A stretch of DNA of 64,000 nt from Narcine bancroftii (GCF_036971445.1 NC_091469.1:317688001-317752000), one strand, 5' to 3'; counted from the stretch's first letter, positions 37,858 through 52,079 are shown. Program-made: numbers and translations. Notes: generated from the sequence alone by a model not told the origin.

Positions 37858-38216
37858 GTTTGTTTTCAATCATATCAATATATTCACTTAAAATCTTAAC
37901 CCTAGTTACTTTATCTTTAACAAGCTTTATTGAAAATGTAGTTCAAGTAGCCTTTATTTGTCATTTTAAAACCAAACTGCACACACAGATTAAAAAAACA
38001 AGACAATGTTCATTCAAACCATGGTGCTACATAAAATGACACGAGGCTACACAAAAACAATGTAAGACAACACAAGACTACATTATTTCTATGCAAGACA
38101 AAACAAAAAACTACACTAGACTACAACCTACACTAAGCTATATAAAGTGAATAAAATAGTGCAAACAATACAGTAATTAATAAAAACTGGACAATAGGCC
38201 CAGTAGAGACAAGTTA

Positions 38217-38842
38217 CTCTGGATATTAAAAGTCTGATAGCTTGAGTGAAGAAACCGCCATCAAGTCCGGGGAGGCCACTGTGGGCCTGCTGCCGCGCCA
38301 CCATCTTGGACCAGTTTGCTGGAGTCTGATAGATTCTGGATATTAAAAGTCTGATAACTTGAGTGAAGAAACCACCATCAGGTCCAGGGAGGCCACTGTG
38401 GGCCTGATGCCACGCCACCATCTTGGACCAGTTTGCTGGAGTCTGATAGACTCTGGATATTAAAAGTCTGATAGCTTGAGTGAAGAAACCACCATCAGGC
38501 CCGGAGAGGCCACTGTGGGCCTGCTGCCGTGCCTCCATCTTAGACCAGGTTTACTGGAGTCTAATAGACTGGATATTAAAAGTCTGATAGCCTGAGTGAA
38601 GAAACCACCATCAGGTCCAGGGAGGCCACTGTGGGCCTGATGCCACGCCACCATCTTGGACCAGTTTGCTGGAGTCTAATAGACTCTGGATATTAAAAGT
38701 CTGATAGCTTGAGTGAAGAAACCACCATCAGGCCCGGAGAGACCACTGTGGGCCTGCTGCCATGCCTCCATTTTAGACCAGGTTTACTGGAGTCTAATAG
38801 ATTGGATATTAAAAGTCTGATAGCCTGAGTGAAGAAACCACC
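38217..38842. repeat. Tandem array of ~5.3 units of 116-117 bp
   Basis: ggatattaaaagtctgata recurs at 38221, 38338, 38455, 38571, 38688 and 38804. Confidence 0.97.
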
Positions 38843-40074
38843 ACAGTTCACAATCTATAGGAGCCCGGAAGCCTCGACATCAGAGGGCCTCATGATCCAA
38901 GATGGCGCAACGTCCATTGCTCATTGCAATGATTGACTAGATGATGAATAAATAAGTTGAAGGCAAATCAGCTGCTTTTACAGTCATGGCATTGGGTTAC
39001 ATAAGCATTAAATTAAAATCCAGTAAACCTCTGAAGCTCTGATTATTTGGAAATCCTGATGGTTTGGCATTTTTCCCCCTTCATTAATCTGGAAAGGGAA
39101 GCAGGGGCCCAGAATTCAAGTCGTTTGTGCGACCTGAACTGGGGAAGTCTGCATTGCATTCAAGGTGTGGGCCTTGAGCTGGGAGTGCAGTTGGAGCTAG
39201 GGTTGGGATCTGGAACACCAGATTTTGGTGAGTTTGCCTCTGGAGCAGTATTTCTCACTTCCTTCAAGATCATGGGGTTCACTGAAAATGTGACTATACT
39301 ACTGGGTAACTCATAAGCAAAAGAGAAATAAAAGAGTGTTAAATATTGAAAGGAATTACATCCAATAACCTGCTAATTTCAAGGGTGGTGGATTAACAGT
39401 TTTATTGAATGCACCTATTGAGATACTGAATACACATAATTTCAGTGTGTATTGAGCTGACAATCTTACACATGTGTCTCAAAGATCACCTGATGTGTAT
39501 TCATTCCACCATGTCAATATTACAAACAGTTTTGAGATCTTTGCTTTTTCAAAAGTTTTTATTTGACTCCCTATTTGAAGAAAATGGAACATTTACTATT
39601 TCGGGTGGAGAACTGGGAAGGGAGAAAGTTGATTTTGCAGAGGGAGTAGGGCAAGGGCAATATCTGATGACTTCAGGGTTCTATTGAGATAAATTGTAGA
39701 AATCAGTCAATTGATTGGCTAATGGGAGCAGTTAAAGAGAAAATAAATATAAATTGTGAGATGACTGCAGTTAGAGAGTGAGAATATAGATAAAGGAGAA
39801 TGAAAAGGTGATAGAGGTCAGCGATACTAATGTAAAATTGAGAAATAGCATCTGTCCATTTGAGTTGCAAGCATCTGGACTCACTATTGAATTCTGTAAC
39901 TTTTCCTGTTTCAAAATTGGCCATTTTGACTGGAGGTCATCTATTGGAGTATTTTGGAAGGGGAGGGATAGCAGCCAGATGCCGTGGTTCACGTGGGGAC
40001 AATGACATTGATAGGAGTGGAGATGAGGTCTTCGAGAGAATTTAGGGAGTTAGGAAGGTAGAACTTCAAGGGTG

Positions 40075-40500
40075 GTATTCCTGGAATACAAGGGCTAACA
40101 TACGAGGAATGTTTGGCAGCTCTTGGATTGTATTCATTGGAAGAATGAGAGGAGATCTCATAGAAACATTTCGGGTTTTGGCAGAGTGGGTGTAGATAAG
40201 ATGTTTCCCTTGGTGGGTGAATCAAGGACAAGAGGGTACAGTCTTAGAATTAGAAGTCATCCATTTAAAACAGAGATGAGAAAAAAACTTCTTAAGTCAG
40301 AGGGTCATGGATTTGTGGAACTCATACAGTGGTGGAGTCCCGATCACTGGGAGAGTTTAAGCAGGAGATTGATAAGTAGTGAATTGGTCGGGGAATCAGG
40401 GGATATGGGGAAAAGGCTGTCAATTGGAACTTGGCGTGAGTATAGTTCAGCTTAGGGTAGAGTCGCAGAATAGGTTTACTTCTGTTTCTTTATCTTGTGA
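40075..40500 (+). mobile_element. CR1 LINE 3' end
   Basis: DKMFPLVGESRTRGYSLRIR..FKTEMRK, typical of the CR1 ORF2 C-terminus. Confidence 0.8.
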
Positions 40501-41754
40501 GTAGAAATTCTACCTGGCCCACAGAAAAAAGAATCTCGTTGTATGTGATATACATATATACTCTGACAATAAATTTGAACTGTAATACTGGTGCAGTTTT
40601 CTGATAATCTTTATCATCTATTTTCAGGGCAGTCCTGGCTTCACTTTTTCCTATCCATCAATCCCCGTCCCATCTTTCTCTGCAAAGCAAGTTTTCTCTC
40701 CTAGTTCTGCTGAAGGATCTTCAATCTGAGACATTAACTATTTCCCTTTCCACAGGTTCTGCCTGACCTAGCCCTTACCACATTTTCTATTATTTATTTC
40801 AGATTTCTCACACATATAACCTTTTATTAATTTTTCCTTTAACAAGACCAAATGAATCAGAATGCGACTGAAACATTGAAATTCCTGGTGGCATCTCCAC
40901 GACTCCAGTCTTCACACCCACATTTTGACACTTGCATCAGTAGCCAGCTATTAAGGGACTAGCAAACTGGTGGGTTATTTAAAGTTCCTCCAAGGATCTC
41001 ATCCTTCAGAGGAATCACAGACTATGCCCACCAGACCCACAGAGACCAAAGAAGATAATGTAATGATTGTATCAAGTTCTTTTTCACACATTCCACTTAC
41101 CCCCTGATTTCACAAACTTCGGTCGACAAACTAATCGAGATGCTTTCCCTCCTCTTACAATAGCCTCATCCATATGCCTTTCTCCTTTCAACTAACCAAA
41201 AAGGGTTTTTCTGAATGAGCTGCAGTGGGTGAGTAGCAAGAGTGATTCAATCTGGCACTATCCAAGGGGTGTAAAGTCAATCAGTTATTCATGGACAGAA
41301 CTTCAGATGGGAGAAATGTGACCGTAATGCTGATGCTACACCTAATGGTGAAGAAATTGTTACATCTACCATAACAACACCACAGTTCACTAGTTGGAGT
41401 TGATCCTTTGCACTACTGGCACAAATTTGGATGAGGAGGGATTGCAGGGCCAATTTTCTCTCTTTGCATCCCCAGTGAAGAATATTTTTAGTGTCACCCT
41501 TCAAATGCTTGAACTGTCCATTACTGAATATATGTGTAGTCCACCAGATGGCTCTAGAGATTATACTATTTTAGATGCAATTAAATCTCAGCATTGATTT
41601 AACTCTCACAATCACATGTACTTTATCTCAGAAAGAAAGACTATGACAGTTTATTTTAATCTGTCAAAATTTAAACACCATATTGATACACTTTTAAAAC
41701 TGTTATTAAACCAGCTGAGATAGATTTGGGGTAGAACTTTTTCTTGACTGAAAC

Positions 41755-42430
41755 ACAAAAGTCTGCAGATGCTGTGATTGTAGTTAAAACACAGAAATGC
41801 TGGAGGAACTCAGCAGGTCTCACAGCGTCCACAAGAGGTAAAGATATTTAAGTTTTTTGGCCTGAGCCCTTCTTCAAAGTATAAGTGAAAAAATAATACT
41901 GGTGTCTGCACTAAAAAGGCTGGGGAGAAGGGAAGAATGGGAAGGGGGGTAGAGTGCAGACCAACAGACAAAAGGTGTTAAATTAGAAAAGAAAGGTGAG
42001 AACTGATTGGGGAGATGGGATTTGTTTTTGGATCTGAAAATAGACAGGGGAAAGGGAAGAGAGAGCGGGAGAGCTAAAGGAACATAAGACGGGGGGGGGG
42101 GTGGTGGGGTGGCTAACAAGCTGGGGAAGTCAACGTTAATGTCGTCCGGTTGGAGGGGGCCCAGTTGGAAGATGAGGCGTTGTTCCTCCAACTGGCGGGT
42201 GGTCTCAGTCTGGCAGTGCACGAGACCATGAACAAGACCTGTCAGCAAGGGAATGGGGCACTATTGCTGAGGACTGAGCCAAGGTGCTCAATGAAGCATC
42301 CGGTCTCTCTGATGTAGGGAAGACCACAGCGGGAGCACTGGCTGCAGTAGACGAACCCTGCAGATTCACAAATGAAGTGTTGCTTCACTTGGAAGGACTG
42401 TTTGGGGCCCTGAATGGTCCACTTGCATTC
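41755..42430 (-). mobile_element. Penelope-like element 3' fragment (GIY-YIG endonuclease remnant)
   Basis: VHGLVHCQTETTRQLEEQRLIFQLGPLQPDDINVDF, a YIRETG-like motif upstream, and the gctggaggaactcagc terminal motif. Confidence 0.75.
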
Positions 42431-43149
42431 CCACCACCTCCCTCACCACAATTTGGAGCCATTGCTGGTCCAATTCCTTGAATTCTGATAACTGTATATT
42501 GTCTCCTGGGCTAGGATAGTATTTTGAGTGATTTTATATCTATATAATCTTACTGAAATCTTTCAGAATTTAGGCAGACAAAAGGAAATTTTATGTAATG
42601 TTACATTTTCTAGTTCATTATATTGGCAATAAAACATTCTTGAATCTTATAAGAGTCGTTTGGCACCAAATGTTTTCTCTGGAGGCGTATTAGCTTGTGA
42701 CATTTTCCATTTGAGGTTCATGTGATAGAACTTGCACTCCGAATGTCCCCGAGATCTTTTGAGTCCGTGAAATGGTATAAAAATTGTAATCATTTTTTAA
42801 AAATTACTTATTTAAAACCACACAATAAAACATACAATTAAAGCTAAATCAAAACAATACAAATAAATGTGTATATAAAAAAGAAAAAAAAATATGAACC
42901 CCCCCACCCCCATATACCACACCCCACCCCCATATACCACCCCTCCCCCCTCTGTCCCCCTACAAAGAAGAGAAAGAACGGGACAAGAGACCCTCAACAG
43001 GGGTACCTATTATTTTAGAGCAGTGGTTCTCAACCTTTTTCTTTCCACTTTAAGTCATCCCTATGCCATCGGGACCCTTTATTTTGCTTGAGAAAAATTG
43101 CCATTGACTCATTTTCTTTGGAGTTCTGAAGCCATGGACATAAGGAGTT

Positions 43150-44385
43150 AATGAGGGACGTCTCTGCTGTCATGTCGGTGATTGGGACGGCTTCCAGCCA
43201 TCTCGGGAACCTGTCCCATTGTAACAAGGCACCTTGCTCCTCAGACGCGTAGTGGGCCAACGATATCCACATGCACATGCTCGAACCTCTTGTGTGTTGA
43301 CTGGAAAGGTTGCAGTGGTGTCTTTATGAGGCTCTAGACCTTAGAGGTCTAGCAGTGTGCATGTCCTGGACCAGTGTCTGACCTGCTTATGTAGGCCATG
43401 CCACATGAAGTGACCTGTGGTTATCTGGGTGGTTGCCCAGATGGAAGGATGGGCTAACCCATGTAAAGTGTCAAAGATCTGGTGCCTACAGGCGGTCAGT
43501 ACAATGGGCCGTGGTTGCCCGGTAGAAGTGTCGCACTGGAGTTTGGTACCTCTGGACCCAATTTATATGCCTCGAGGTGGAGTCCGGTGACTGTTGTTCA
43601 GTATGCCAAGAGTTCATTGTCCCCCTGTTGTGCCTCTGCTAACACCACATAATCCACTCCTTGAGCCGAAGTGTGCACCGACTGGGTGGACATCCGGGAC
43701 AGGGTGTCGGCCATCACTTTGCTCTTCCCCGAGATATGCTTGATTGTGGTGATGAATTCAGTTATGAACGACTGGTGTCGCTGCTAGCGGGCTGGGCTGA
43801 CCATGAGTTGGACACTTTTGCAAAGGCAAAGGTGAGGGGCTTGTGATCGGTGAAGGTCATGAACTTCCTCCCTTCCAGGAAATACTTGAAGTGGTGAATG
43901 GCCAGATATAGGGGCAGCAGCTCTCTGTTGAAACCACTGTACTTGATTTCAGGGGGACGCAGGTGTCAGCTGAAGAAGGTTAGCGTCTTTCATTGGCCTG
44001 CAATTAACTGTTCAAATACGCCACCATCTGCCACTTCTGAGGCATTTACGGTGAGGGCATGGGGATGTCTACCCGGGTGTAGACCAGGAGCGTGGCATTT
44101 GCTAGAGCGTTCCTGGCCAAGTCGAAAGCCGCCGTCGCTTCTTCTGTCCAAGCTACCTCTTTGGTTTTGCCAGACATCAAGCCGAATAGAGGGCGCTTGA
44201 TCTGGGCCGCTGAGGAGATGAAACGGTGATAAAAATAAACCATCCTGACAAATTCCTGCAGGCCCTTGACTGTGTTGGGCCTGGCAAATTTACGAATGAC
44301 CTCCACTTTTCCTGACGGTTGATCTGGTGCCCCAAGAAGTCAATGGTGAGTAGGTCAAACTGGCACTTGGTGAAGTTGATCATGG
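43150..44385 (-). mobile_element. Decayed Gypsy pol fragment (CsRn1-like)
   Basis: IRKFARPNTVKGLQEFVRMVYFYHRFI...WTEEATAAFDLARNALANATLL; similar to 12833-13097 and 19850-19980. Confidence 0.85.
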
Positions 44386-45744
44386 GCAGTACTTATAAAA
44401 TTCAAATTTAAAGCAGAATAAAGAAGAGATGAACTGGCAAATTTTGATTGTTTATTCATTAGCAAATACAGCATGCTTCTTTTATTGAAACAAGCAGTTT
44501 TAAAGAAAAAAATACCACTAAACCTGTAGGACTTACATACGTAAGCACACACACAAAAGCCCGCTAAATTTTAAAAGTTCGAGAATTTTAGAAAAGTCCA
44601 AATTCTCAGGTAGTCCGGATTTCTGGTATCTGGATTTTTGGATTTCTACTATCAAATGTTCTGAGGAGTTGGTAATGTTAGTGAATGTAGTTATACATTC
44701 AATGCCAAGTAATATCCACTGTAAATTTTATATTATAACCGACTACTACAAAGAAACACACACGCACAGTGTGGCAGGTTAAGCTCATTCCTTTATTAGG
44801 GCTGGAAAGGTTGCTTTTATACTGTTCAAGTTCCCGCCGTTTTTGCTGATTGACTGAGTCAGCCATATGAATAGCAATAGCGGGCGGGAACATCCATGCA
44901 TATGAATGCCCTTCTACCCCAGCCTGTTTCTGCTGAGTTAGCTGGGCAGCTTGACCAATGCCATTTTAGGGCTTTTGGTCTGATGCTGCCCCAGCTTCTA
45001 CCCTCACTGGTTCGTTTTCCTGGGAGTCGCTTTAGCGATCTCTGTCTGCGTCTGCTGCCACGCAATGTGCCGGCCCAGTCTCCGCGATTGCGGGTTGCCA
45101 CAATATCAAGTGCATTTTCTTAAAAGCAAGTCAGCCACAACAAACAATAGTGGTTTGGGGAGATCGACTTGGCACTGTGGCCTTCCCAAATCTTGCATAT
45201 CTTCTAGTGCAGGGAGACTTCTGCAAGGAAATGCTATATAGTATATAGTACACACTTGGTTCAAGACTATTCACTGAAGGATATGCTGAAACTTTGTACA
45301 GTCACCGCCAAGGCTCGATGGAAGAAAGCGACTGTTCAGGACACTTCTGCTACTTGATATTGAGCAGATGGATCTTGGGCAAAACCCATCAGTTATTTAT
45401 CATGAAATGTATGTAAAAGGAAAATTGCTGTCTGTCACGCCAATATAAATCAAATAGTAATCAAATGGAATGCTACATCTTGTACTGTGATCTCGTGGAA
45501 TATATTATAAACTCTCACGATTTATGAAAAATTAGATTTTTGGAAACAAATATGCTTGTTGATGACAGTAAGGGGAGTTTCCGCACTGCATGCCTCTAAC
45601 GTTACACGGTAAAAGACCAAAATTCCGGATGCCAGAAATACGGACCACCCGCAAATTCTGATTTCTTGAAAACTCTCAAACCTTTTCAATTTAGCGGGCT
45701 TCTGTGTGCATGCATAAGCACCACAGATGTACAGATGCCTAGTG

Positions 45745-45985
45745 GGTATGGTTAGCGCAATGCCTTTACAGTGCCAGCGATTGGGACCGGGGTTTGAATC
45801 CGAAGGAGTTTGTACGTTCTCTCTGTGACTGTGTGGGTTTTCTATGGGGGCTCCGGTTTCCTCCCACTGTTCAAAATTTACCGGGGGGTAGGGGGGGTTG
45901 TAGGTTAATGGGGTGTAAATTGGGCAGCATGGGCTCATGGTCCAAAATGACCTGTTACCGGGCTGTATGTCTACAATTAAATTTT
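45745..45985 (+). mobile_element. tRNA-derived SINE-like repeat (related pieces at ~8420-8500 and ~48990-49140)
   Basis: A-box/B-box-like ggttagcgcaatg...ggtttgaatcc followed by a body ggtttcctcccac shared among copies. Confidence 0.6.
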
Positions 45986-46689
45986 AAAAATTTAAAAATC
46001 GCAGAAATGAACAAATAAATATTTGTTTTTTTTATATAGTTTGTATTTGAGGTGAAAAAATGTTTAGTTATTAAACTATAAAAATTGACCTGTTCAAGTA
46101 TTGTTTATTCTTATTAAATTTGAATTTTAAAATTAATGCCCGAGAATCCGGTAATCCAGACTACCCAATCCCTGAGCAGTCCAGAATTTAGGACTTTCAC
46201 TGAATGTAAATCGAATCCTTTTCCGTACTGTGACTGTGACATTTATTTTCTACTGCTAATGTTATGAACAAAGTAGATTTTTGAAGGAAAATAAGTGGTG
46301 TTACCTTGATGCTCAAGCCACTTTATGAGATTGGAGGGAGAATATTGGGGAGGGGAAGAGTGGGGCTAACTTTTTGCATTCCGTTGAATTTTGTTCGGTT
46401 CCTATCACACCGCTGGAACCTCTCCTGGAAGGAAGTGAATTTCATAGCAATTCTTTGCTTGAGACAATATTTGAGTGTCTTCTCTTTCATTATATAATTG
46501 ATTTGAATATTGTTGGCAACGTTATCTATGAGGGCAATTTTTAATATGTAATAGTTGTTGTTGGTATCTAAATTAAGAGCAAGGCTGGGCTCACCATAAA
46601 GTTTATGCGGAAATTGACTTTCCACAGGTGACATGGCATTAAATTGGTGAGGAGTTACTGGATCATGAGAATGAGTGGAGCTAAGGCTG

Positions 46690-47075
46690 GCACTGGTTGC
46701 TGGCAGTGATATCCTTGCTGCACAACCTACAATGAACCACGTCCTGGAGGTGACTGCGGTGGAGAGGAGACAGTCTTTGCAGAATGTAGATTTGCTAAGA
46801 GCATGTGGAGGAGGCCTTTGTCACAGTTCAATCCCAGCAGCAGTGTTGATGACCTATGGGCTGTTCCCGTGGATGCACACATCCAGAACTGGAAGGCCAT
46901 CAACTCGATGAAAGACGTATTTTTGTCTGCCAAGTCCTGTTGGTCTTTCAGTACCCAGAGATGGCGGGGAGGGAATGCCGCCAACTGGCACATTTCAGGC
47001 TGCAGGAGCACGTGCTGAGGGACACACTGAGGCATGGTGCAGCCAACACGAGGGCACTGGGCAGGAAGAACCACA
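46690..47075 (+). mobile_element. L1/Tx1-like LINE 3' fragment
   Basis: Decayed ORF pieces WKAINSMKD...LQEHVLRD resemble Tx1-type ORF2 C-termini. Confidence 0.5.
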
Positions 47076-47076
47076 C

Positions 47077-47437
47077 CAGTGGCTCTCAACCTTCTTCTTT
47101 CCACTCACATTCCACTTTAAGTAATCACTAGGCCATCGGTGCTCTGTGATTAGTAAGGGATTGCCTAAGGTGGGATGTGGGTGGAAATAGAAGGTTGAGA
47201 ATCACTGCTCTAGACCCAAATGTTACTGAAATATTTTGCTTGAAAAAAATTGTCATTGGCCCATTTCTTTTGGAGTTCTGAAACCGTGCACATAACGAGT
47301 CAATGAGGGACGAATAAAATAGTGGTTTTCAACCCACATCCCACCTTAAGCAATCCCTTACTAATCACAGAGCACCGATGGCCTAGTGATTACTTAAAGT
47401 GGAATGTGAGTGGAAAGAAGAAGGTTGAGAACCACTG
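47077..47437. mobile_element. hAT-type MITE family A (other copies ~43021-43155, 49833-50125, 58165-58473, 60125-60501, partial 11815-11888)
   Basis: CAGTGG(T/C)TCTCAACC...GGTTGAGAACCACTG TIRs and shared interior among copies. Confidence 0.85.
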
Positions 47438-48029
47438 GTCTAAATGGTGTTCCTCTTGTAAATAGTTTATTGTGAATAAAGTATAATTTTGGTTTAAAAA
47501 AGGCTTCAGGACTGCCGTAACCTGGTGCTTGCCTACACAAATACTCATTCTCATGTTTCTTATGATAGAGAAGGAGGCTATTCAACCCACTGAGTCTCTG
47601 CCAGCTTGCAGAGTATACCAACCAAATTCATTCCCCCACGTATTTCTCATTGACTTCTTGCCACATATCCAGAATCCCACCCTGTTTCTCTCACTACTAC
47701 CCAATGTTATAATCTATAATGCCACTTTACCCGACTACCACTATGTTGTTCTGGAAGGGATCTCCGATGCCATGGAAACGATTTGCTTGTTAAAATATTA
47801 ATAAGGAAACAATCCCCCACTGAAGCTATCATTTTAAAGGGATATTTTTCTGCCACACAGACATAGTTGAAGTACATTAATGCTAGGGCAGGCTGGGAAC
47901 CAGGTAGATTTTAGTTGTGCCGCACAACAACAACAACAACTAGGTTTTGTAATCTCAGTCACCACCTCCCCTCCTCTTCTGAAATGACTATGAAAATAGT
48001 TTCCTGAAAATCATGGGTGAAAGCAGACA

Positions 48030-48900
48030 TAGAAACATAGAAAATAGGTGCTGGAGTCGGCTATTTGGCCCTTCAAGCCTACGCCGCCATTCATATTGAT
48101 CATGGCTGATTATCTACTCACCACCCAATACCCGCCTTCTCCCCAGACCCCCTGATCCCCTTGGCCACAAGGGCCAAATCTAACTCCCTTTTAAATATAG
48201 ATAAGGAACCAGCTTCAACCACTTCCTTTGGCAAAGAATCCACAGATTCACCACTCTCTCGGAGAACTTTTTTTTCTCTCATCTCAGTCCAAAAAAACTT
48301 AAACTGTTTTCCCCATCAACGGGAACAAGTTTCCTGCATCTAGCCCGTCGAATTTCTGAAGAATTTTATACGTTTCAATAAGCTACCCCCCCCCCCCCCC
48401 CTCAATCTTCTAAATTCCAGGAGTATAAGCCTAGTCAATCCAGCCTTTCTTCATATGTAAGTCCTGCCATTCCTGGTATCAATTTAGTGAACCTTCTTAA
48501 CACTCCCTCGATAGCCAAGATGGTTTTGCTCAGTTAAGGAGATCAAAACTGTTCACAATACTCCAGGTGTGGTCTCACCAGTGCCCTGTCCAGCTGCAGT
48601 AGAACCTCTCTGCTCCTGTACTCAAATCCTCTTGCTATGAATGCCAACATAACATTCGCTTTCCTCACTGCCTGCTGTACCTGCATGCCCACTTTCAATA
48701 ACTGGTGCACAGTGACACCCAAGTCTCGTTGCACCTCTCCTTTTCCTAATTGGACACCATTGAGGTAATAATCTTCTCTCCTATTCTTGCCTCCAAAGTG
48801 GATAACCTCGCATTTATCCACCTTATTATTGCACCTGCCAAGCCTTGGCCCACTCACCTAACTTGTCCAAGTCACTCTGCATCCTCTACACAGCTAATCC
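48030..48900 (-). mobile_element. CR1 LINE 3' portion
   Basis: NVDKCEVIHFG-like motif, QRDLGV, LAFIARGFEYRSREVLLQLDRALVRPHLEYC; (acatagaa) tail repeats near 48030. Confidence 0.85.
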
Positions 48901-49719
48901 TGCCACCCAGCTTCGTTTTATCTGTGACTAGCACGTCATTGCAACACTCGTCAATCTCCTTTGAAGAAGTTAATGAAAATCTGATAGCAAAACCGTGTCT
49001 GTGCAGGTTTTCCCTGGGCGGGGGCTCTGGTTTCCTCCAACCATTCAAAACGTACCGGGGTGGGGGGGGGCAGGCTAATTGGCCGGCACGGGCTCGTGGG
49101 CTGAAATGGCCCGTTACCGTGCTGTATGTCTAAATTTAATTTTTTTTTTAAATAGAAAATGAGATAGAGGAGCTGGATTTTAATTCTGCCACAGTTTTTC
49201 AAATATCCCAGGAGATACTATTGCAGATCCCAATTATACCAATTTTTTTTTGCAACACTTCTAGGTGTGTTAGCAAGCTGTTGGCTGAAGCCTAAGATCG
49301 TTACACTCATTAGGGTGTGAGTGACATAATTAGAGCAGGTTACAAATTTAACAGTGGAGGGGACAGAGCAATGAGAAAATCTCAACAATGCTGCAGATGG
49401 TGAAATCTGAACTTCAAGCAGAACTTTTTGGAAGCTCATACCAGGTCAGACAATATCTGTGGGAGGAGAAGCTGAGACCATTTCTCAGAGAAAGGAGGAT
49501 CAGGTAGTTGAAGAACATTCTTTTCATTCCTTGGATAGGTCAGGAGGAACAGTTGATTCCCAAAAGGACAGCTCAGACGTGCAACTCCTCCAGCTTCCTT
49601 GCCCCTCTTCCTCTCGATGTCTTCTACAGCAGCTCTTCGACTACAAAGAAGGATTGCTTCCGCTCCCGTTTTCTAGGATCTCGGGCAGCCATTGAGGCCA
49701 AAGCAGGACCAACAGACTC

Positions 49720-50780
49720 ATGTGGGGTATTGTGAGCAGTTTGGAGCTCCTCATTTTAGAGAAGATGTGCTGAAGTTGGAAAAGGTTCAAAGGAGGTTCA
49801 CTAGAATGATTCTGGGAATGGAAGGGTCATCACAGGGGTTCTCAACCTTTTTTCTTTCCACTCACATCCCACTTTAAGTAATCCCTATCCAATCGGTTCT
49901 CTGTGATTAGTAAGGGATTGCTTAAGGTGGGATGTGGGTGGGAAGGGAAGGTTGAGAATCACTGCTCTAGACCCAATTGTTACTGAAATATTTTGCTTGA
50001 GAAAAATTGTCATTGGCCCATTTCCTTTGGAGTTCTGAAACTATGCACATAATGTATCAATGAGGGATAATTCAAACAGTGGTTTTCAAACTTTTTCTTT
50101 TCTCCCACATCCCACCTTAAGCAGTGCTTGTGCGTGAATCACAAGAGGTTGGTTTGCAGGTACAGCCAGCTATCAAGAAGGCAAATGGAATGCTGGCCTT
50201 CATTGCTGGAGGGATGCAATGTAAGAGCAAGGAAGTGATGCTGCAACTGTACAAGGTACTGGAGAGGCTGTGTCTGGAGTAGTATGAGCAGTTCTTCTCT
50301 GCTTACTTGAGGAAGGCTTTGGAAGTGGTGCAGAGGAGGTTCACCATCTTGAAGGGGTTGTCCCATGAGGAGAGATTGAGTTGTCTGGGACTGTACTCAC
50401 TGGAATTTAGGAGAATGAGAGGGGATCTTATAGAAACATATAAAATTATGAAAGGCATGGATAAAATAGAAGTAAGAAAGTTGTTTCCATTGGCAGGGGA
50501 CACCAGAACTAGGGGACATAGCCTCAGGATTCAGGGTAGTAGATTTAGGATGGAGATGAGGAAGAACCAGAGGCTGGTGAATCCGTGGAACTTACTGCCC
50601 ATTGAAGCAGTGGAGACGACCTCAGTAAATATGTTTTAAGACAAGGTTGCATAGAAGGGGAGTTAAAGGACATGGGGAAAAGTCAGGTCGATGGAGATGA
50701 GCAGATCAGCCATGATCTCATTGAATGGTGGAGGAGGGTTGACGGGCCGGCTGGCCGATTCCTGCTCCTATTTCTTATGA
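49720..50780 (+). mobile_element. CR1 LINE fragments with an intervening MITE A copy
   Basis: LEVVQRRFT...LGLYSLEFRRMRGDLIETYKIMKG motifs. Confidence 0.8.
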
Positions 50781-52079
50781 CCTTGTGTTTTTCGAGTTAT
50801 CGTTGGGCGATCATGTCCGCTGTGCCTCTTGATGGACAGGGAAGAGGAGAGCATCTCTTTGAGCATTGAGAGGTGATGGTTGTGGAGAGGATCCTCACGA
50901 TGGCTTTCCCTGTGGCAGACAGTCGGATGCCCCTTTTGCACCAAGGTTAGCTTTCTACCCACTTTCTCCTCTTCCAAGGTGCGCTTGATGTAATTGTGGA
51001 TTTGTCCTTGAAGTTCCTCACGGCTTAGTTTTAGGAGGTCCCTGGATAGTGCATTCTGTTTGTTTCAGCCTTCGAGTACCAACAGTTTTTGATGTTAAAT
51101 CCTTGACCATTTCTCTTTTTCTCCCAATTTTATTTATTAATCATACAATCAAAATACAAGTAAATACATAATATTTATCCCATCTCATCCGCTCCCCCAA
51201 CCCTAACCCACCCAACCCCCCTCTAATCTACCCAGAAAGAAAGAAAGAAAATAGAAGAGGAGATCAACTTACATAACAACCATCAAATATCGCTGTGGCT
51301 TGGTGCAACCCCCACAACCGTGGGAAAAAAAACTACTACAAATTCAAACCCATATATCTTGTATATGGGCTCCAAACTTTAACAGAGAAAGGTTAATTAT
51401 TACATAACCTTGACCATTTCTCAGCTTTCTCTCCCCAAATACTGCTTGGCCTGGGATCCCAGCATTATATCCCACCCCCACCCCCCCCCCCATTCAGATT
51501 TCCAGCATCTGCTGGGTTTTGTATTTTACAGTCTTAGCATTACTTTGTTTAGCTTTTTCTCTCTCAGCTGTTCTCCTGATACCTTTCAGCGTCTACAGAC
51601 AGGTTAGCTGCTTCTTTTTAAAAAATCAGCTCACATGAAATCTTGGTCTCCATAATCTCACCATCATTCTCAGTTACTTAAAAATTGCCCCGTTGCCAAA
51701 TTTTCTAATGAAAGTTCATCGAACTGATTTATTTCTGGAATGTTCGGTTTTTTATTTTCTATAATCCTTCAACATTATGAAGATATTAACCCAAAACTCC
51801 GCATCTAAGTGCACCAAGGGAAGGCTGCCACAGCTCCAGAAGGCCCACCATTACCATCTAGAAGGAGGACATTATCAGCCATGCAGAGGCATCAGCATCT
51901 GGTAACACTGGAGAACACATTTCTTCCAAAAGGTTTGCTTCCTGAAAGTAGATTGGGGATTACGATCGACACAAAGATCATTTCAGATTTGCTGCATCAC
52001 ATGGGAATTTGGAGAAACATTAAATTAACTTTTGTTGAATTGAGCGTGTTTAATCGCATAATGATGTTGACACGCTGTG

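Noticed and set aside
38128-38842. Regularly spaced repeats and repetitive ORFs resembling a CRISPR array or repeat protein
   Set aside because: Whole units repeat with no unique spacers, there are no cas genes and the context is eukaryotic; the ORF stays open because 117 is a multiple of 3.
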